Origin: Octopus sinensis
Taxonomy: Eukaryota
NCBI RefSeq assembly: GCF_006345805.1
Contig: NC_043013.1
Coordinates: 42,532,001-42,596,000 of the forward strand
Direction: 5' to 3'
DNA: 64,000 bases
In this document: one piece after another, positions 36,991-49,706 of the stretch
Layout: each line of letters starts with the position of its first letter
Numbering within the stretch: position 1 is the stretch's first letter
The notes under the pieces: model-generated
What the model saw: only the letters and a program-made list of their open reading frames with translations
What the model was told of the DNA's origin: nothing
Databases searched by the model: none
Program-made: the position numbers and the translations under genes

Positions 36991-37221
36991 CCTATTTCTT
37001 TACTACCCACAAGGGGCTAAACACAGAAAGGACAAACAAGGACAGACAAACGGATTAAGTCGATTATATCGACCCCAGTGCGTAACTGGTATTTATTTAA
37101 TCGACCCCGAAAGGATGAAAGGCAAAGTCGACCTCGGCGGAATTTGAACTCAGAACGTAGCGGCTGACGAAATATTGCTAAGCATTTCGCCCGGTGTGCT
37201 AACGTTTCTGCCAGCTCACCG
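36991..37221 (-). mobile_element. SINE family C with 18-bp TSD
   Basis: TSD ctacctccaacccattaa at 36973-90 and 37222-39. Confidence 0.85.
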
Positions 37222-37349
37222 CTACCTCCAACCCATTAATCATCCACAAACACATTGCTTGAATATAGTTTATTCTGCTTCACCATTTCCTTTGACCAAT
37301 GTTTTCATTTGTTTCTGTATCTAATACATTTGTTTTGTTTCATTGAAAG

Positions 37350-37497
37350 GTTGGAACTGTACGTTATATGGCTCCTGAGCTGCTGGACGGTGCTGTCAAC
37401 TTACGTGACTGCGAGGCTTCTCTTAAACAGATAGACGTCTATTCTTTGGGGCTGGTTCTCTGGGAAATTGCATCTCGCTGTTCTGATCTTTGGCAAG
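37350..37497 (+). CDS. BMPR2: BMPR2 exon: subdomains VIII-IX
   Basis: gaaag|GTT GGA ... CAA G|gtacca; [44 protein letters not shown]; 148 nt; absent from the ORF track. Confidence 0.95.
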
Positions 37498-38564
37498 GTA
37501 ACCAGAGCACAGGTTTTATTTGTGCGTGTATATGATGCTCTGTGTATGTGTATGTGTGTGCACATCTCTTCACTGTCGGATTATGTGTGAGTGAGTGTGT
37601 GTGTGTTTGTAGTCTTGTGTGTATATTAATTGTCTGTGTTACTTTTTGTATATGTGTGAGTATAATAATAATAATAATAATGATGAAATTATTGTATACA
37701 GTGCTCAGGTGCACCACAACTTGTCAGAAAGTGCATATAAAGCACATGCAGTAATGTACAAATGTCTGGAAAGCGAACAATGTATGAGTCAGATACATGC
37801 TTGTGTGTGTATGGAGGGGAGAAAGATCAGGTGTAGTGTTGGCGAATCTCAGAAAGCCTATGAAGTTTTGAAGGATGCAATGCTCCGACAACTAACAACT
37901 GATGCCGGCAGTTTGTTCCATGCTTCAGTGTGGCTGTGACTGTGTGTTATTGTATTTGTATGTATGCAGTCTTTTGAGTTCATGTATGTGTGATAACTTT
38001 TTTATTCTTTCTTGTGCACCTGGGTGTGGGTGTTTATGTGTGCATACTGGTGGCATTGGAGCATATCAAGTGTCAGCTGGTGTTGCAAAATACTCACAGT
38101 AGCTAATATGACAGAAGTATGCTAATGATGTAGGACTGCTGATGTCTTTGTGTTGTTGACTACAAAGCACAACAACAGATTGCCACAAATTAGGAAGTGT
38201 GACGAAACATTCTCTAATATCTATATAATGTGACAATAGGAATCTATTGACAGGTGATAACAAACAAAAAAAACAAAACAAAATGACTGACACAGTTTTG
38301 CAAGACATGACAGGAATGTTTTAATGTCTATGTAACCAGACAGGAGACTTGTAGTGCCTGTGTGATGATGTGACATGGTTCCCTACATTAGTGCTACTCA
38401 AAGCAGTGGTCCACAGACCGGTGTCAGTCTGCGAGCCATCAGCTGCCGGTACCCAGCAAATTTCCAGAAAAGAAAGAAACATAAAATGCTTATAAAATAA
38501 TGTATTATTTGTTTACAAAATAAATATAAAATAAAAAAAATTGTCAACTTTTATTATATTCATT

Positions 38565-38877
38565 GTGGAGGCGCAATGACCTAGTGGTTAGGGCAGCGGA
38601 CTCACAGTCGGAGTTTCGCGGTTTTGATTCCCAGACCGGGCATTGTGTGTGTTTATTGAGCGAAAACACCTAAAAGCTCCACGAGGCTCCAGTAGAGGGT
38701 GGTGGCAACCCCTGTTGTACTCTTTGGCCCCAACTTTCTCTCACTCTCTCTTCCTGTTTCTTGAGTAATGCTGTGATGGACTGGCGTCCCGTCCAGCTGG
38801 AGGGAACACATACGCCACAGAAACCAGGAAACTGGGCCCATGAGCCTGGCTAGGCTTGAAAAGGGCGACATTTATCA
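38565..38877 (+). mobile_element. SINE family B with 14-bp TSD
   Basis: TSD ttattatattcatt at 38551-64 and 38878-91; tRNA-like head. Confidence 0.85.
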
Positions 38878-39046
38878 TTATTATATTCATTATATATATT
38901 GTTCCCAGTTTATATTAATATTACTAAGAAACATATTACTGGTCCCTGGCACATTGGTGAAAAAAAAACTGCTGGTACACCACATCAGAAGCACTGCTCT
39001 ACATGTTGCGATGGCTTTTGACTGTAAAATTACTCTACTCTTTTTG

Positions 39047-39458
39047 CTCTTTTACTTGTTTCAGTCATTTGACTGTGGCCATGCTGGAACACCACCTTTA
39101 GTCGAGCAAATCGACCCCAGGACTTATTCTTTGTAAGCCTAGTACTTATTCTATCGATCTCATTTGCTGAACCGCTAAGTTACGGGGACGTAAACACACC
39201 AGTTTCAGTTGTCAAGCGGTGTTGGGTGGACAAACACATACACACACGCATACATATATCTATCTATCTATATATATATATATATATAATATATATATAT
39301 ACATATATACGATGGGCTTCTTTCAGTTTCCATCTACTAAATCCACTCACAAGGCTTTGGTCAGTCCGAGGCTACAGTAGAAGACACTCGCCAAGGTGCC
39401 ACGCAGTGGGACTGAACCTGGAACCATGTGGTTCGCAAGCAAGCTACTTACCACACAG
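39047..39458 (-). mobile_element. SINE family A
   Basis: Full family structure. Confidence 0.8.
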
Positions 39459-39895
39459 ATACATAGAGCTAGTTTCCTGGTTTCTGTGATGTATATATTC
39501 CCCACTGGACAGGATGCTGGTCCATATAAGGAATGCTGGGCAATGTGAAAGGAAGTGTTACGCCCAAGAACACAACACATCACCCAGTCCTGCCATTGAA
39601 TCTACAATCTTATGATCACGAGCCCGATACCCTAACCACTAAACCACATGCCTCCACCATGCTACCTTGTGTGACACAATTCTAATGATAACCATGTGGT
39701 GTAATAGTGATCTGTTGTTGGTTGTATGATGTCCTGCTGTTGTAACGATGAGTATGTAGCTTATGCTTTTATACTTATGACTGTGATGTGATGTGATTGG
39801 AGACTAATGAGAAATGTTGCAGGCTAAAAATAATAGCCAAGCCATTGTGATTACTGCTGTATATTATACTCTGTATGTTCTGTACTTCTTAACAG

Positions 39896-40032
39896 GGGTT
39901 CCAGTTCCTGAATATATGCTACCTTATCAAGCCGAAGTAGGTATTCATCCGTCATTCGAAGAGATGCAGATTTTGGTTTCAGCAAACAAGAAACGTCCAT
40001 GGCTTCCAGACATGTGGAAAGACTCAAATGTG
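39896..40032 (+). CDS. BMPR2: BMPR2 exon: subdomain X
   Basis: aacag|GG GTT ... AAT GTG|gttagt; VPEYMLPYQAEVGIHPSFEEMQILVSANKKRP; 137 nt. Confidence 0.93.
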
Positions 40033-40227
40033 GTTAGTGTCGTCTCTACAGTTGTTATCTCTATCATCAGCCATTAGCCCAACACCAAAACATTCACCCA
40101 AATTGTTTGTCTAATACTAAATTCTCTTCCTCCTCCTTCTCCTGTCTTTGTCTGCCTCATGTGTGTGTGTGTGTGTGTGTGTTTGGACAACTGGTTTCCT
40201 ATTTTGAGATGACTTTTGCAACTCTAT

Positions 40228-40540
40228 CATCATCATCATCATCATCATCGTTTAACGTCCGCTTTCCATGCTAGCATTGGTTGGACGATTTGACTGAGGA
40301 CTGGCGAACCAGATGGCTGCACCAGGCTCCAACCTTGATCTGGCAGAGTTTCTACAGCTGGATGCCCTTCCTAACGCCAACCACTCTGAGAGTGTAGTGG
40401 GTGCTTCTATGTGCCAGTAAGGCAGTACTGGCAACGGCCACGTTCAAATGGTGTTTTTTACGTGCCACCTGCACAGGAGCCAGCCCAGCGGCACTAGCAA
40501 CGACTTCACTTGAATGTCTTTTCACATGCCAGTAAGTCGA
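40228..40540 (-). mobile_element. RTE LINE 3' UTR copy
   Basis: (CAT)n followed by family sequence. Confidence 0.75.
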
Positions 40541-41026
40541 TGCTGATAACGAGCCAATTAAACATGAACTCTGACCCAATCCCAAAAACGAAAATCTAGC
40601 AATATTAAGTTACAGCGGTTTACATTCTGTGTTCAAATCAGTCAGCTGTGCTTTTCATCTCCCCTGGGTCAATAAAATAAAGCACCAGTCAAGTATTGGA
40701 GAGCAACAGTTGGGAGAGAGCTTGTGCCTTTGGGGTACAGGATAATCCTGGGTTTGTGGGGTTCCTTGATTGGCCCAAGTTGGACTTTCTCCTGTGTTGG
40801 GAGGACTACATCATTCATATGTAGACATACTTTATATACTTTGTATATTTTTATCACATTTCACAGTCTTTTCCTTGTCTTTACCCTCATTTCATATGTA
40901 AATCCCTACACAAATTGTTGACAGCCCCCGTGATGTCCCCCCTCATCTATGCTCCTGTGACTAGTAAAAGAAATCCTTATTATTGTTATTATTATTATTT
41001 ACTAATTTAGTGGGGTTTTTTTTCAG

Positions 41027-41159
41027 GCTATCCACACTTTGAAAGAAACAATTGAAGACTGCTGGGATCATGATGCGGAGGCAAGGCTTACTTCATTCTG
41101 TGTCATTGAAAGAATATCGGATCTGTCTGCAATGTCTCCTCATGATTCTCGATTAAAAG
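41027..41159 (+). CDS. BMPR2: BMPR2 exon: subdomain XI
   Basis: tttcag|GCT ATC ... AAA G|gtcagc; [18 protein letters not shown]; 133 nt. Confidence 0.95.
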
Positions 41160-41217
41160 GTCAGCACTCATTCCATTCTTAAAGATGTATCTTGTCATTT
41201 GTATTTATGTGACACAC

Positions 41218-41650
41218 TGTTGTTGCTGCTGCTGTTGTTGTTAAGCAACAAGACGGGTAAGGGTGATTTCACTGCGTCCGTTCTGTGGGTTGCGAGACGT
41301 CTGGCAGGTCGGGAGCGGAAGTCCACTTTTCCCAGATCCGAAGGACAAGGAGAGGGTCACTGGCCAGAGCGTCTGGAGGGGATGGGGTTGGCATTTGTGG
41401 CAGGCGATGGATCCGTGGACAGTCGTAGATGACATGCTCCGCCGTCTCCTCTCCCACTCCGCACTTTCTGCAGGTTCTGTCTATGGCTCGGTCGATCTTG
41501 TAGAGCCAGTACTTGAGGTCCGGGTGATGACCACTGCTAAGTCTACTGAGTGTTACCTGCTGCTGCCTGGTTAGAGACGAATCAGCGGTTCTGCTCACTT
41601 TATCTCCATGGTCGCTGTAGATCCTCTTGACTCTTTCGTGTTTGCCGTTA
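41218..41650 (-). mobile_element. 5'-truncated non-LTR retrotransposon ORF2 C-terminus with CCHC knuckle (I-group-like)
   Basis: TLSRLSSGH...CRKCGVGEETAEHVIYDC; open to TGA; short UTR and (CAA/CAG)n tail. Confidence 0.8.
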
Positions 41651-41906
41651 TATATATATCATCATTATTATTTAACATCTGCTATCCATACTGTTATGTG
41701 TTGGACAATTTGACAGGAGCTGGCCAGCCAAGGAGCTGCACCGGGCTCCAATTGTCTGATTTGGCATGGTTTCTACGGCTGGATGCCCTTCATAACATCA
41801 GCCACATTACAGAGTGTGCTGGGTGCTTTTTACACTAGCATCAGTGCATTTTTGTTGCATTGGCACAAGTGCGTTTTACATGGAGCCAGCACCAGTGTGT
41901 GTTTGT

Positions 41907-42128
41907 TGTTTCTTTACTGCCCACAAGGGGCTAAACATAGAGGGGACAAACAAAGACAGACAAAGGGATTAAGTCGATTACATCGACTCCAGTGCATAAC
42001 TGGTATTTAATTTATCGACCCCGAAAGGATGAAAGGCAAAGTCGACCTCAGCAGAATTTGAACTCAGAACGTAACGGCAGACGAAATACCGCTAAGCATT
42101 TCGCCCGGCATGCTAACATTCCTGCCAG
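41907..42128 (-). mobile_element. SINE family C
   Basis: Homologous to 36991; flanking repeat ccagtgtgtgtttgt. Confidence 0.75.
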
Positions 42129-42501
42129 TGTGTGTTTGTGTGTACCCTCGTCTTGTCATCATGTTATGAATACAATGTGCATCACCCTCACACAAATGAT
42201 GTTGTTTGTTTCTCATCTTCTGTGGTTAAAAATTACCTTCCTTGGACAAACAAATGAGAGTTCACAACAGGAAGTGCAACTGGCCCCCAAAAAATCTGCC
42301 TCAGCAAATTCTACAAACCTGAAAAAATGAACATTAAGCGATGATCATGATGGTGGTGGCATTGATGATGATGAATGTAATAGTGGTGATAATGATGCTG
42401 ATGGTGGCAGTGTTATCTTAGAATTATATAATATGTATAAAGTTTGTAAATTAATTTCGCATTTTCTCATGCTAAAAATCATTCTTTTTTATCTTTTCTA
42501 G

Positions 42502-44219
42502 GTGTGACACCAACTCTGAATTCTACCTCCACACACATCACAGTGTCTGAAGATGCTGCAGGAATTTCTGCAGTTCAGAGGAATTGCTACCTTGCCACGT
42601 CTAGTATTACTGCCGAGAATGGTAACTCATTGCCAACAGAGAACAGCATGGCCCCTTTGATAAGCCAGGGAAGCAGTGGAGAGAATACTTTAAATGGACA
42701 AGCAAGAAACTCTTGGACACCACAAGAGAAAAGTATGTCTGCCGTAACAACAGAAACTATGCTGACTCTTAGCCCTTCCCAATCTGACCCTCCTCCAGAC
42801 TACCACAGCATTGCCCCCCATGGCCCTCCATTGAGTGATCCACCACCACACTATGAAAACGAAACGCAGACCGGCTACAATTTCTCCAAAATACCAAACA
42901 CAAGCCTTGTGAATGGTCAGCCACGTAACACATGGTTGACTCCTGATAACATTTCAACAGCGCACACAAACACTGCTTTATTGTCTTCCTCTGATTCAGA
43001 CCCCCCACCGAAATATCTGAACATTAATCATGCCAAAACGAACACTGTGATTCAGCCACATCAGGGTCGAAACCCTACAGTCGAACGTAACACTCACAAA
43101 AGAAGCGATGAAGAGCTGACTGTGTCAGGAAACACTCTGATTTCTGCCAGCGCCAAACGAGAGCAAGAACAAAAGGAGCAGTCTCTAAGTGCACCTACTT
43201 CTCAGTTTCACGATGATCCTTTTGACAGTGGACCCGACAATGTAGAAAGTTCTTTAGTCCAGAATGAGACATTCAACTACCATCGCAATGCTCCTATCCA
43301 ATACTTACAAAATCAAGTTCACAGCGATGGTCCACTTGTACGACCCAAAATTGCCAACGTCCCTGGCAATGGAGTACCTTACAGTAAGTTAGCCATCAAT
43401 GAGAAAACACCAAAATCTATCTTCAAATGCAAAAAGCCTAAAGATTTCACCAGTAGGTTGACACAGCTGGGGAAAAACTTACTGTCTCGCAGCAGCCAGA
43501 GTATTGATGGGAAGCATGGCCGAGATAAAAATAGTCGTCGTTCAACTGATCGGTCTGGTTACATCAACCTGATAGCTTCACCTCAGCAACCGGTTCAAAC
43601 TGAAGTATGTCTTCAGAACGGCAGTACAGTTGTGCTCCCAGTTAGTAACACAGTGTCTTCATCTGTGATGACCACTGCAGAGCAGGACAGACTTGGGTTA
43701 ACGGAAATGGGTGTGCCAAACACCACAACCATTCATCAAAATGGCCATGTTCCTACTGGTGCAGTCGATGCACAAGTTAGAAATATATCTGATTCCAGTG
43801 CAGATGATGCACCCAGCCATACAAAATGTCCACCGGCTTATTTAAACAAAACAGCTAACCCTGTGAACAGCTGCAATGAACTGACTGATATGAAGTCACA
43901 GCGGCCCACATCCCTTCCCCTCAAAGTCCACAACAACCCACCACCTGACAGTTCGGCTCAGTTGCCTGTAAATCAGACTCAAGCCACGTCAGATCCCAGC
44001 GAAAAGATCCGCAACCGGATTAAGACTCCCTTAAAGATCAATCGCAACAGACTGTCATTGTACGACGACCGTGTCATGTCACGGAGCTGTGAAGACTCTG
44101 TTACCGAACCAAGCAGATTCCGACTGAGCAACTCCAGCTACAGCTTACAACAATTCGACACTAGCACCACCTACACCAACACTGCAAACAGACCTGACTT
44201 ACACACAGAACAGTGCTGA
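42502..44219 (+). CDS. BMPR2: BMPR2 terminal exon: long cytoplasmic tail to TGA
   Basis: ttttctag|GT GTG; open for 572 codons including the stop; RPTSLPL and SEKIRNRIKTP resemble BMPR2 tail motifs as I recall them. Confidence 0.9.
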
Positions 44220-44277
44220 CACTTATTACCTCGGTTCCTTTAATGGGTGGAATCGTGAGATGATAAGTTGATATGAT

Positions 44278-44299
44278 GGGTGGGTGGGCGGGCGGGGGG
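44278..44299 (+). promoter_or_regulatory. Predicted RNA G-quadruplex in the proximal 3' UTR
   Basis: GGG T GGG T GGG C GGG C GGGGGG. Confidence 0.55.
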
Positions 44300-46791
44300 C
44301 CCCCTTCAGTTTCTTCTCAAAGATCCTGCCAAAGATTTAACTTTACCAAACTTTATATTATTGTCAATTTTCGTTTCGTTTTCTTTTCTTTTATTTTGGC
44401 TTCATCAAACTAATCAGCGATTTTTTTTTTTTTTAAATCTCTTTCATTTCCTCGTTTTATCCTACATTCCCCCACCCTTCATTGCATCCCTCCCATCCAG
44501 CTGCCACCCTAATCTTTTGTCATGGTTCCTCTTTGCCTGAAAAATCTCTAACAATTTCTCAGTGGTTCACAAACATTCAGTCTTAGACATACACACACGC
44601 ACACACACACACACATATATATATAATATGCATTTATATTATTTGAGTGTGAGTGAGTATGTATATATATGTGCATACCTGCATAGCAGCACATGCACAC
44701 AAACACATCCATATATACAAACATACCTTTCCAATCTGTACAGTATTACAGACCCAGGAGTGAGTGGGTGAAGCCAACGCTAAATGTAAAGCAGCTGTTT
44801 GTGAGATGTTTGATTGAGGAGTTGAAAAATTAGCTTATTTCGTGCAGTTGATAAAACTAATTCCTTCAATTGCTGCAACAGGTCTGTTTAAACAAATCTA
44901 GAATCTGGGGGTTGAAATTAATTTTTGGAAGGACATAGGGTTGCGTGAGGTTTGAGTAAAAAGGGGAATTGTCTATGGTGAAAGTGTTTGGTTTCTGAGG
45001 AAAATGTTCTTTTGGAGGCTAATTTTCTTACCTTGTTTGTCCACCGATGAGATCTGAAGCAGAACACATTGTCAGCATGGTCAAGTTGGTAAAAATGATG
45101 TTCAGGCTATGACTCTGCATTTAAAGGGCGCTCAATTCCAGCCGAATTTAGTGATACCTATTCGTCTATTTGTTGTTTTAGTGCGAGATATGTGTCTGTG
45201 TATATGTATTTGTGTGTGTATGAATCACTGGTTTGTGTGTATCTGTGTCAGGGTCACTGTTTCATGTACCTTTTTTTTTTTAACTTTTAAGAACTGTTTT
45301 GTCAGACTACTAGTCTCCTTCAAAGCAGCAAATCAAACCCTTACAAAACCCCTACATCAACTTTTCCTAACACTCAAACTGATGTCTTAAGCCATTAGAT
45401 CCGGTGATGGATTTCTTCTTACCTCTACAAGTTGATGGCTGCTTGATGGTCCATTGCTGTCCATAGATCTCTCAGAGGGCTTTCATGCCCTGCTGCCAGT
45501 TGTTGTTTGTCCATAACTATATTCATTGCCATCCACCAGTTTCACAAGTTGCCACCGAAAAGACTGTGGGGTCGCCATCCACAGATTTCCTAGCACCACG
45601 AAGTCTCCGACTACTCAAGCGCCATAACCCTAAACCTCTACATCTCCTCACTACCAGCAGTGTTACCACTACTACTACTACTACTACCACCACCACTCCC
45701 AACCCAAGCAAAGCTGCTGCTGCTACCACACCAACAGCACTACACGTTCACAACTGTCTTTAAATCAGTATGATGAGAAGAACCAGTCATAAACATGGTA
45801 ATGGCTCTTAAGAGGACAAAACATGCAAATATTCACCCAACAATAATCTTTAACAGTTTATGATTGTTGCTGTTTAGCTCCAGGCCAGACCTGACTGAAC
45901 AGATCTGATCTAAAACTGTTCCAGCCATGACCATCCCACCTCTTCTTTTCGGACGTAGTATATCTAGGACTACATTTATTGATGTATCCTTTCAGTCTTT
46001 GTTTTTTTTTTTTCTTTGTTTTAAAGACAGTTGGGTGGGATTTGAAGTCGAAGGAGTTTTGGCTGCTATCTTTTAGTGGGCCGAGTGACTGCATAGAGTT
46101 TTCCCAGGGTCCCTTCATTAGCTCGAGTTTTTCTGGTAAGATAAGGAAGTACATGGAGTGACAGATTTCTAAAGAAAGACAAGAATTTGGTTGCTTCACA
46201 GCAGCAGTGCCATGTGATGTTGTATAAAAGTGAAGATGTGTTAGTGTTTCCTACTCAAACACAGACGTCGCCATGTTTGTGACAAAATAACTACAATTAC
46301 AACAACTAGCCACCTTATCTTTCTTCTCTTTCTTCTTCTACTTCACATGCTGCTGTTTACACAAACATTTATTTTTGATTTTTATGTTGTTTATTTTAAA
46401 TTCTTTTTTTTTTTTTAAATCTAAATCTTTTATTGATTGTACATAAAGACTGACATAACATCTTTACCTTGTAATTATTGTTGTTGCTGCTGTTGTTGGT
46501 TATTTAGGTAAAAAAAAGGTTATGCAAACACTTGGGAAAAGTTAAGTGGAGGCAGAACGGCATGGAAAGCCTCAGTGAACAAAGGAGTCAAAACAGCTCA
46601 AGGAAGAAAGTATCCTGTCCCTCGAAGCAGATCACCAAAGAAAGAAAGACAACACACTGCAGCCCTGCAGCACCTTCCTTGCAGATTTTGCAGCAGAACT
46701 TGCTCATCGAACATAGGAAGGATCAGCCATGAGAGAAGCTGCAGGAAGAAGACTACAAATACCTAATTAAAACATTGTCCACTGCTTAGAC

Positions 46792-47007
46792 CAGGGGTGG
46801 GCAAACTACGGCCCGCGGGCCGCATGCGGCCCGCCATAGGTTTTCATGCGGCCCGCCGAGAGCTTTTATGAATCCCAACTTCTATGCAGATACTTCGTAA
46901 CTGTACAGTAATTCACAATATTTTCACTTGATTTTTATAAATGAGGCCCGCCAAGGTTCCAAAGACGCACTGTGCGGCCCGCGATCAAAAAAGTTTGCCC
47001 ACCCCTG
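46792..47007. mobile_element. hAT (Charlie-like) MITE
   Basis: Perfect 16-bp TIR caggggtgggcaaact; TSD gcttagac/gcttacac. Confidence 0.88.
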
Positions 47008-47039
47008 GCTTACACCTCTATCAAGGTGTAAAGAGCCAC

Positions 47040-47074
<35 letters not shown>

Positions 47075-47801
47075 ATATGTATGTATGTGTATATATATAT
47101 ATGTATATGTATGTATGTGTATATATATATATGTATATGTATGTATGTGTATGTATGTATGTATATATATGTATATGTATGTATGTGTATATATTATATG
47201 TATATGTATGTAGTATATATATATATGTATATGTATGTATGTGTATATATATATATGTATATGTATGTATGTGTATATATATATATGTATATGTATGTAT
47301 GTGTATATATATATATGTATATGTATGTATGTGTATATATATATATGTATATGTATGTATGTGTATATATATATATATGTATATGTATGTATGTGTATAT
47401 ATATATATGTATGTATATGTATGTATGTATATATATATATGTATGTATATGTATGTATGTATGTATACATATATATCTATGTATATGTATGTATGTATGT
47501 ATATATATATGTATGTATATGTATGTATGTATGTATATGTATGTATGTATATATATATATGTATGTATATGTATGTATGTATATATATGTATGTATGTAT
47601 ATATATATGTATGTATATGTATGTATGTATATATATATATGTATGTATATGTATGTATGTATATATATATATGTATGTATATGTATGTATGTATATATAT
47701 ATATGTATGTATATGTATGTATGTATATATATATATGTATATATGTATGTATGTATATATATATATGTATGTATATGTATGTATGTATATATATATGTAT
47801 G

Positions 47802-47842
<41 letters not shown>

Positions 47843-47950
47843 ATGTATGTATGTATATATATATATGTATGTATATGTATGTATGTATATATATATATAT
47901 GTATGTATATGTATGTATGTATATATATATATGTATGTATATATATTTAT
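47040..47950. repeat. About 900-bp compound (TA)n/(TATG)n microsatellite
   Basis: Almost only A/T/G on the + strand; 30-bp higher-order unit from 47221. Confidence 0.95.
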
Positions 47951-48325
47951 ATAATTTTCATCATCCTCATCATCATCATCATCGTTTAAGGTATATCGGA
48001 GACCCCCTTCGGTCACGACACAGACCATGGGATTGCACTTAGAAAGTTACCCCCCGAGGCACAAGTCCAGGCAAGGTTGTTTACGGCAGACCAGAAGTCG
48101 CCCATGCACACCGGCCTCCCCTCTCCACACCACCGATGTCATCCAAGGGAAAGGCAAAGGAGCCGATACAGCTTGGTACCTGTGACATCGCAACTCATTT
48201 CTACAGCTGAGTGAACTGGAGCAATGTGAAATAAAGTGTCTTGCTCAAGAACACAACACTCGGCCCAGTCCATGATTCGAACTCACAACCTCATGGTCGT
48301 AAGTCCGACGCTCTGACCACTGAGG

Positions 48326-48356
<31 letters not shown>

Positions 48357-49139
48357 CCTTATGGGTTTCCTAACATTGGCACTGATCACATCTAACCCAG
48401 CAAAAGTAATAAAACGTATTTGAGGTTTAAACCTGCAAAACATACAGAAACTGGTCTGCTACTGCAAATTTTAATGAAGGGAATCAGCATAGACTGATGT
48501 GGCAACAAAAAAAAAAAAAGATAAGCCAGTCAGAGAAATAATACAGAGTGGTGCACCTAAATGTAGCCCAGCTTCTGTAGCATAGCGTAAAATACAGAAA
48601 TAAATTTACCCACGTGAAAAAAATACCAGCCTTTCATTTGCAAGTGTCATTGTGTTGCTTTGACTACTTGTAACTGTTGAACAAAGATGGTGCATTAGTT
48701 GTTTGCCACATTTGTTGAGTGTAAGATTGCATTGAGTGAACATCTCTAGCCTTTTACTGCAAGATGATGTACTCAATAGAAGGAAGAGTGGAAATTGTGG
48801 AAGTGTATGTGAGAACAGGTTCTCTTAAGGCCAACGCATGAAATTCAAATGTTAGTTAAGAAAGGGCATGCTAACATGGCTCCAAAATAAAGAGACCCTT
48901 CAGTTCAAATACCAGAAGTTATTCAGGACATTTGCAGCAGTCTCACATAAGATGGAGGTTATGCCAACAGTTGTTGGAAAGTCTAAAGTTGAAGCCATAT
49001 CATTTAGCAAACAAGTAAATTTATTTCTGTATTTATACAACACTATGGAACCAGGCTACTTTTTTGTGTGCCACTCTGTACATTAAGGTCTTGACCCAAT
49101 GTGAGGTTTGATTCGTGTGCACGCACTCTTGTGTCTGTG

Positions 49140-49706
49140 TACATCATCAACATCATCATTATTGGTCTGTTTTCCATGCTGGTATGGGTTGGACGGTTTG
49201 ACTGAGGTCTGGAGAGCCAGCGGCTGCACCAGGCTCCAATCGGATCTGACAATGTTTCCACAGCTGTATGTTCTTCTTAACACCAACCTCTCCGATAGTG
49301 TAGTGGGTGCTTTTTACTTGCTACCAGCACAGAAACCAGTCAGGTGGGCCTGGCTTCGATCATATTCGGATAGTGCTTTTTATGTGCCACCGGCCAGTCA
49401 GGCGAACCTGGCATCGACCACGTTCAGATGGTGCTTTTTATGTGTCACCGGCACGGGGACCAGTCAGGGGTTACTGATATCAGCTACATTTGGATGGTAC
49501 TTTTTACGTGCCACCAGCACAAGAGCCAGTCAGGGGGTACTGGCCACAGCTACGATATTGGTTTTACTTGACTCAACAGGTCTTTTCAAGCATTTCATAT
49601 CACACGACACATTAGGGGTACTCTTAACTGGGCCAGACGTGTGGCTGCGATCTCACTTTAGTTGCCAAGTCTTCTCAATCACAGCATATTTCCAAAGGTC
49701 TCGGTC
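49140..49706 (-). mobile_element. 5'-truncated RTE LINE (ORF2 end plus 3' UTR)
   Basis: Minus strand DRDLWKYAVIEKTWQLK*, then UTR with diverged internal repeat units. Confidence 0.75.

Larger units (their letters stand above)
31085..44219 (+). other. BMPR2: BMP type II receptor gene (BMPR2/wit-like), 5'-incomplete; 7 coding exons visible
   Basis: Exons 31085-31267, 32789-33337, 35097-35266, 37350-37497, 39896-40032, 41027-41159, 42502-44219 splice in frame with AG/GT boundaries (phases 1,1,1,0,1,0,1). The product has an activin-receptor CCC-x4-CN knot, TM helix, kinase and long tail. [14 protein letters not shown] and [16 protein letters not shown] are BMPR2-type. Confidence 0.93.

Noticed and set aside
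37164-37195. CUGACGA plus hairpin in SINE C
   Set aside because: Not followed by GAAA; part of the tRNA-derived SINE head
46438-46445. Pumilio element TGTACATA and a 3' UTR end near 46400-46770
   Set aside because: UTR extent unknown, no canonical AATAAA seen, and such 8-mers are common in this composition
46928-48042. Long ORFs of 149-353 aa (YICM-rich)
   Set aside because: Translation of a TA/TATG microsatellite that lacks stop codons in some frames
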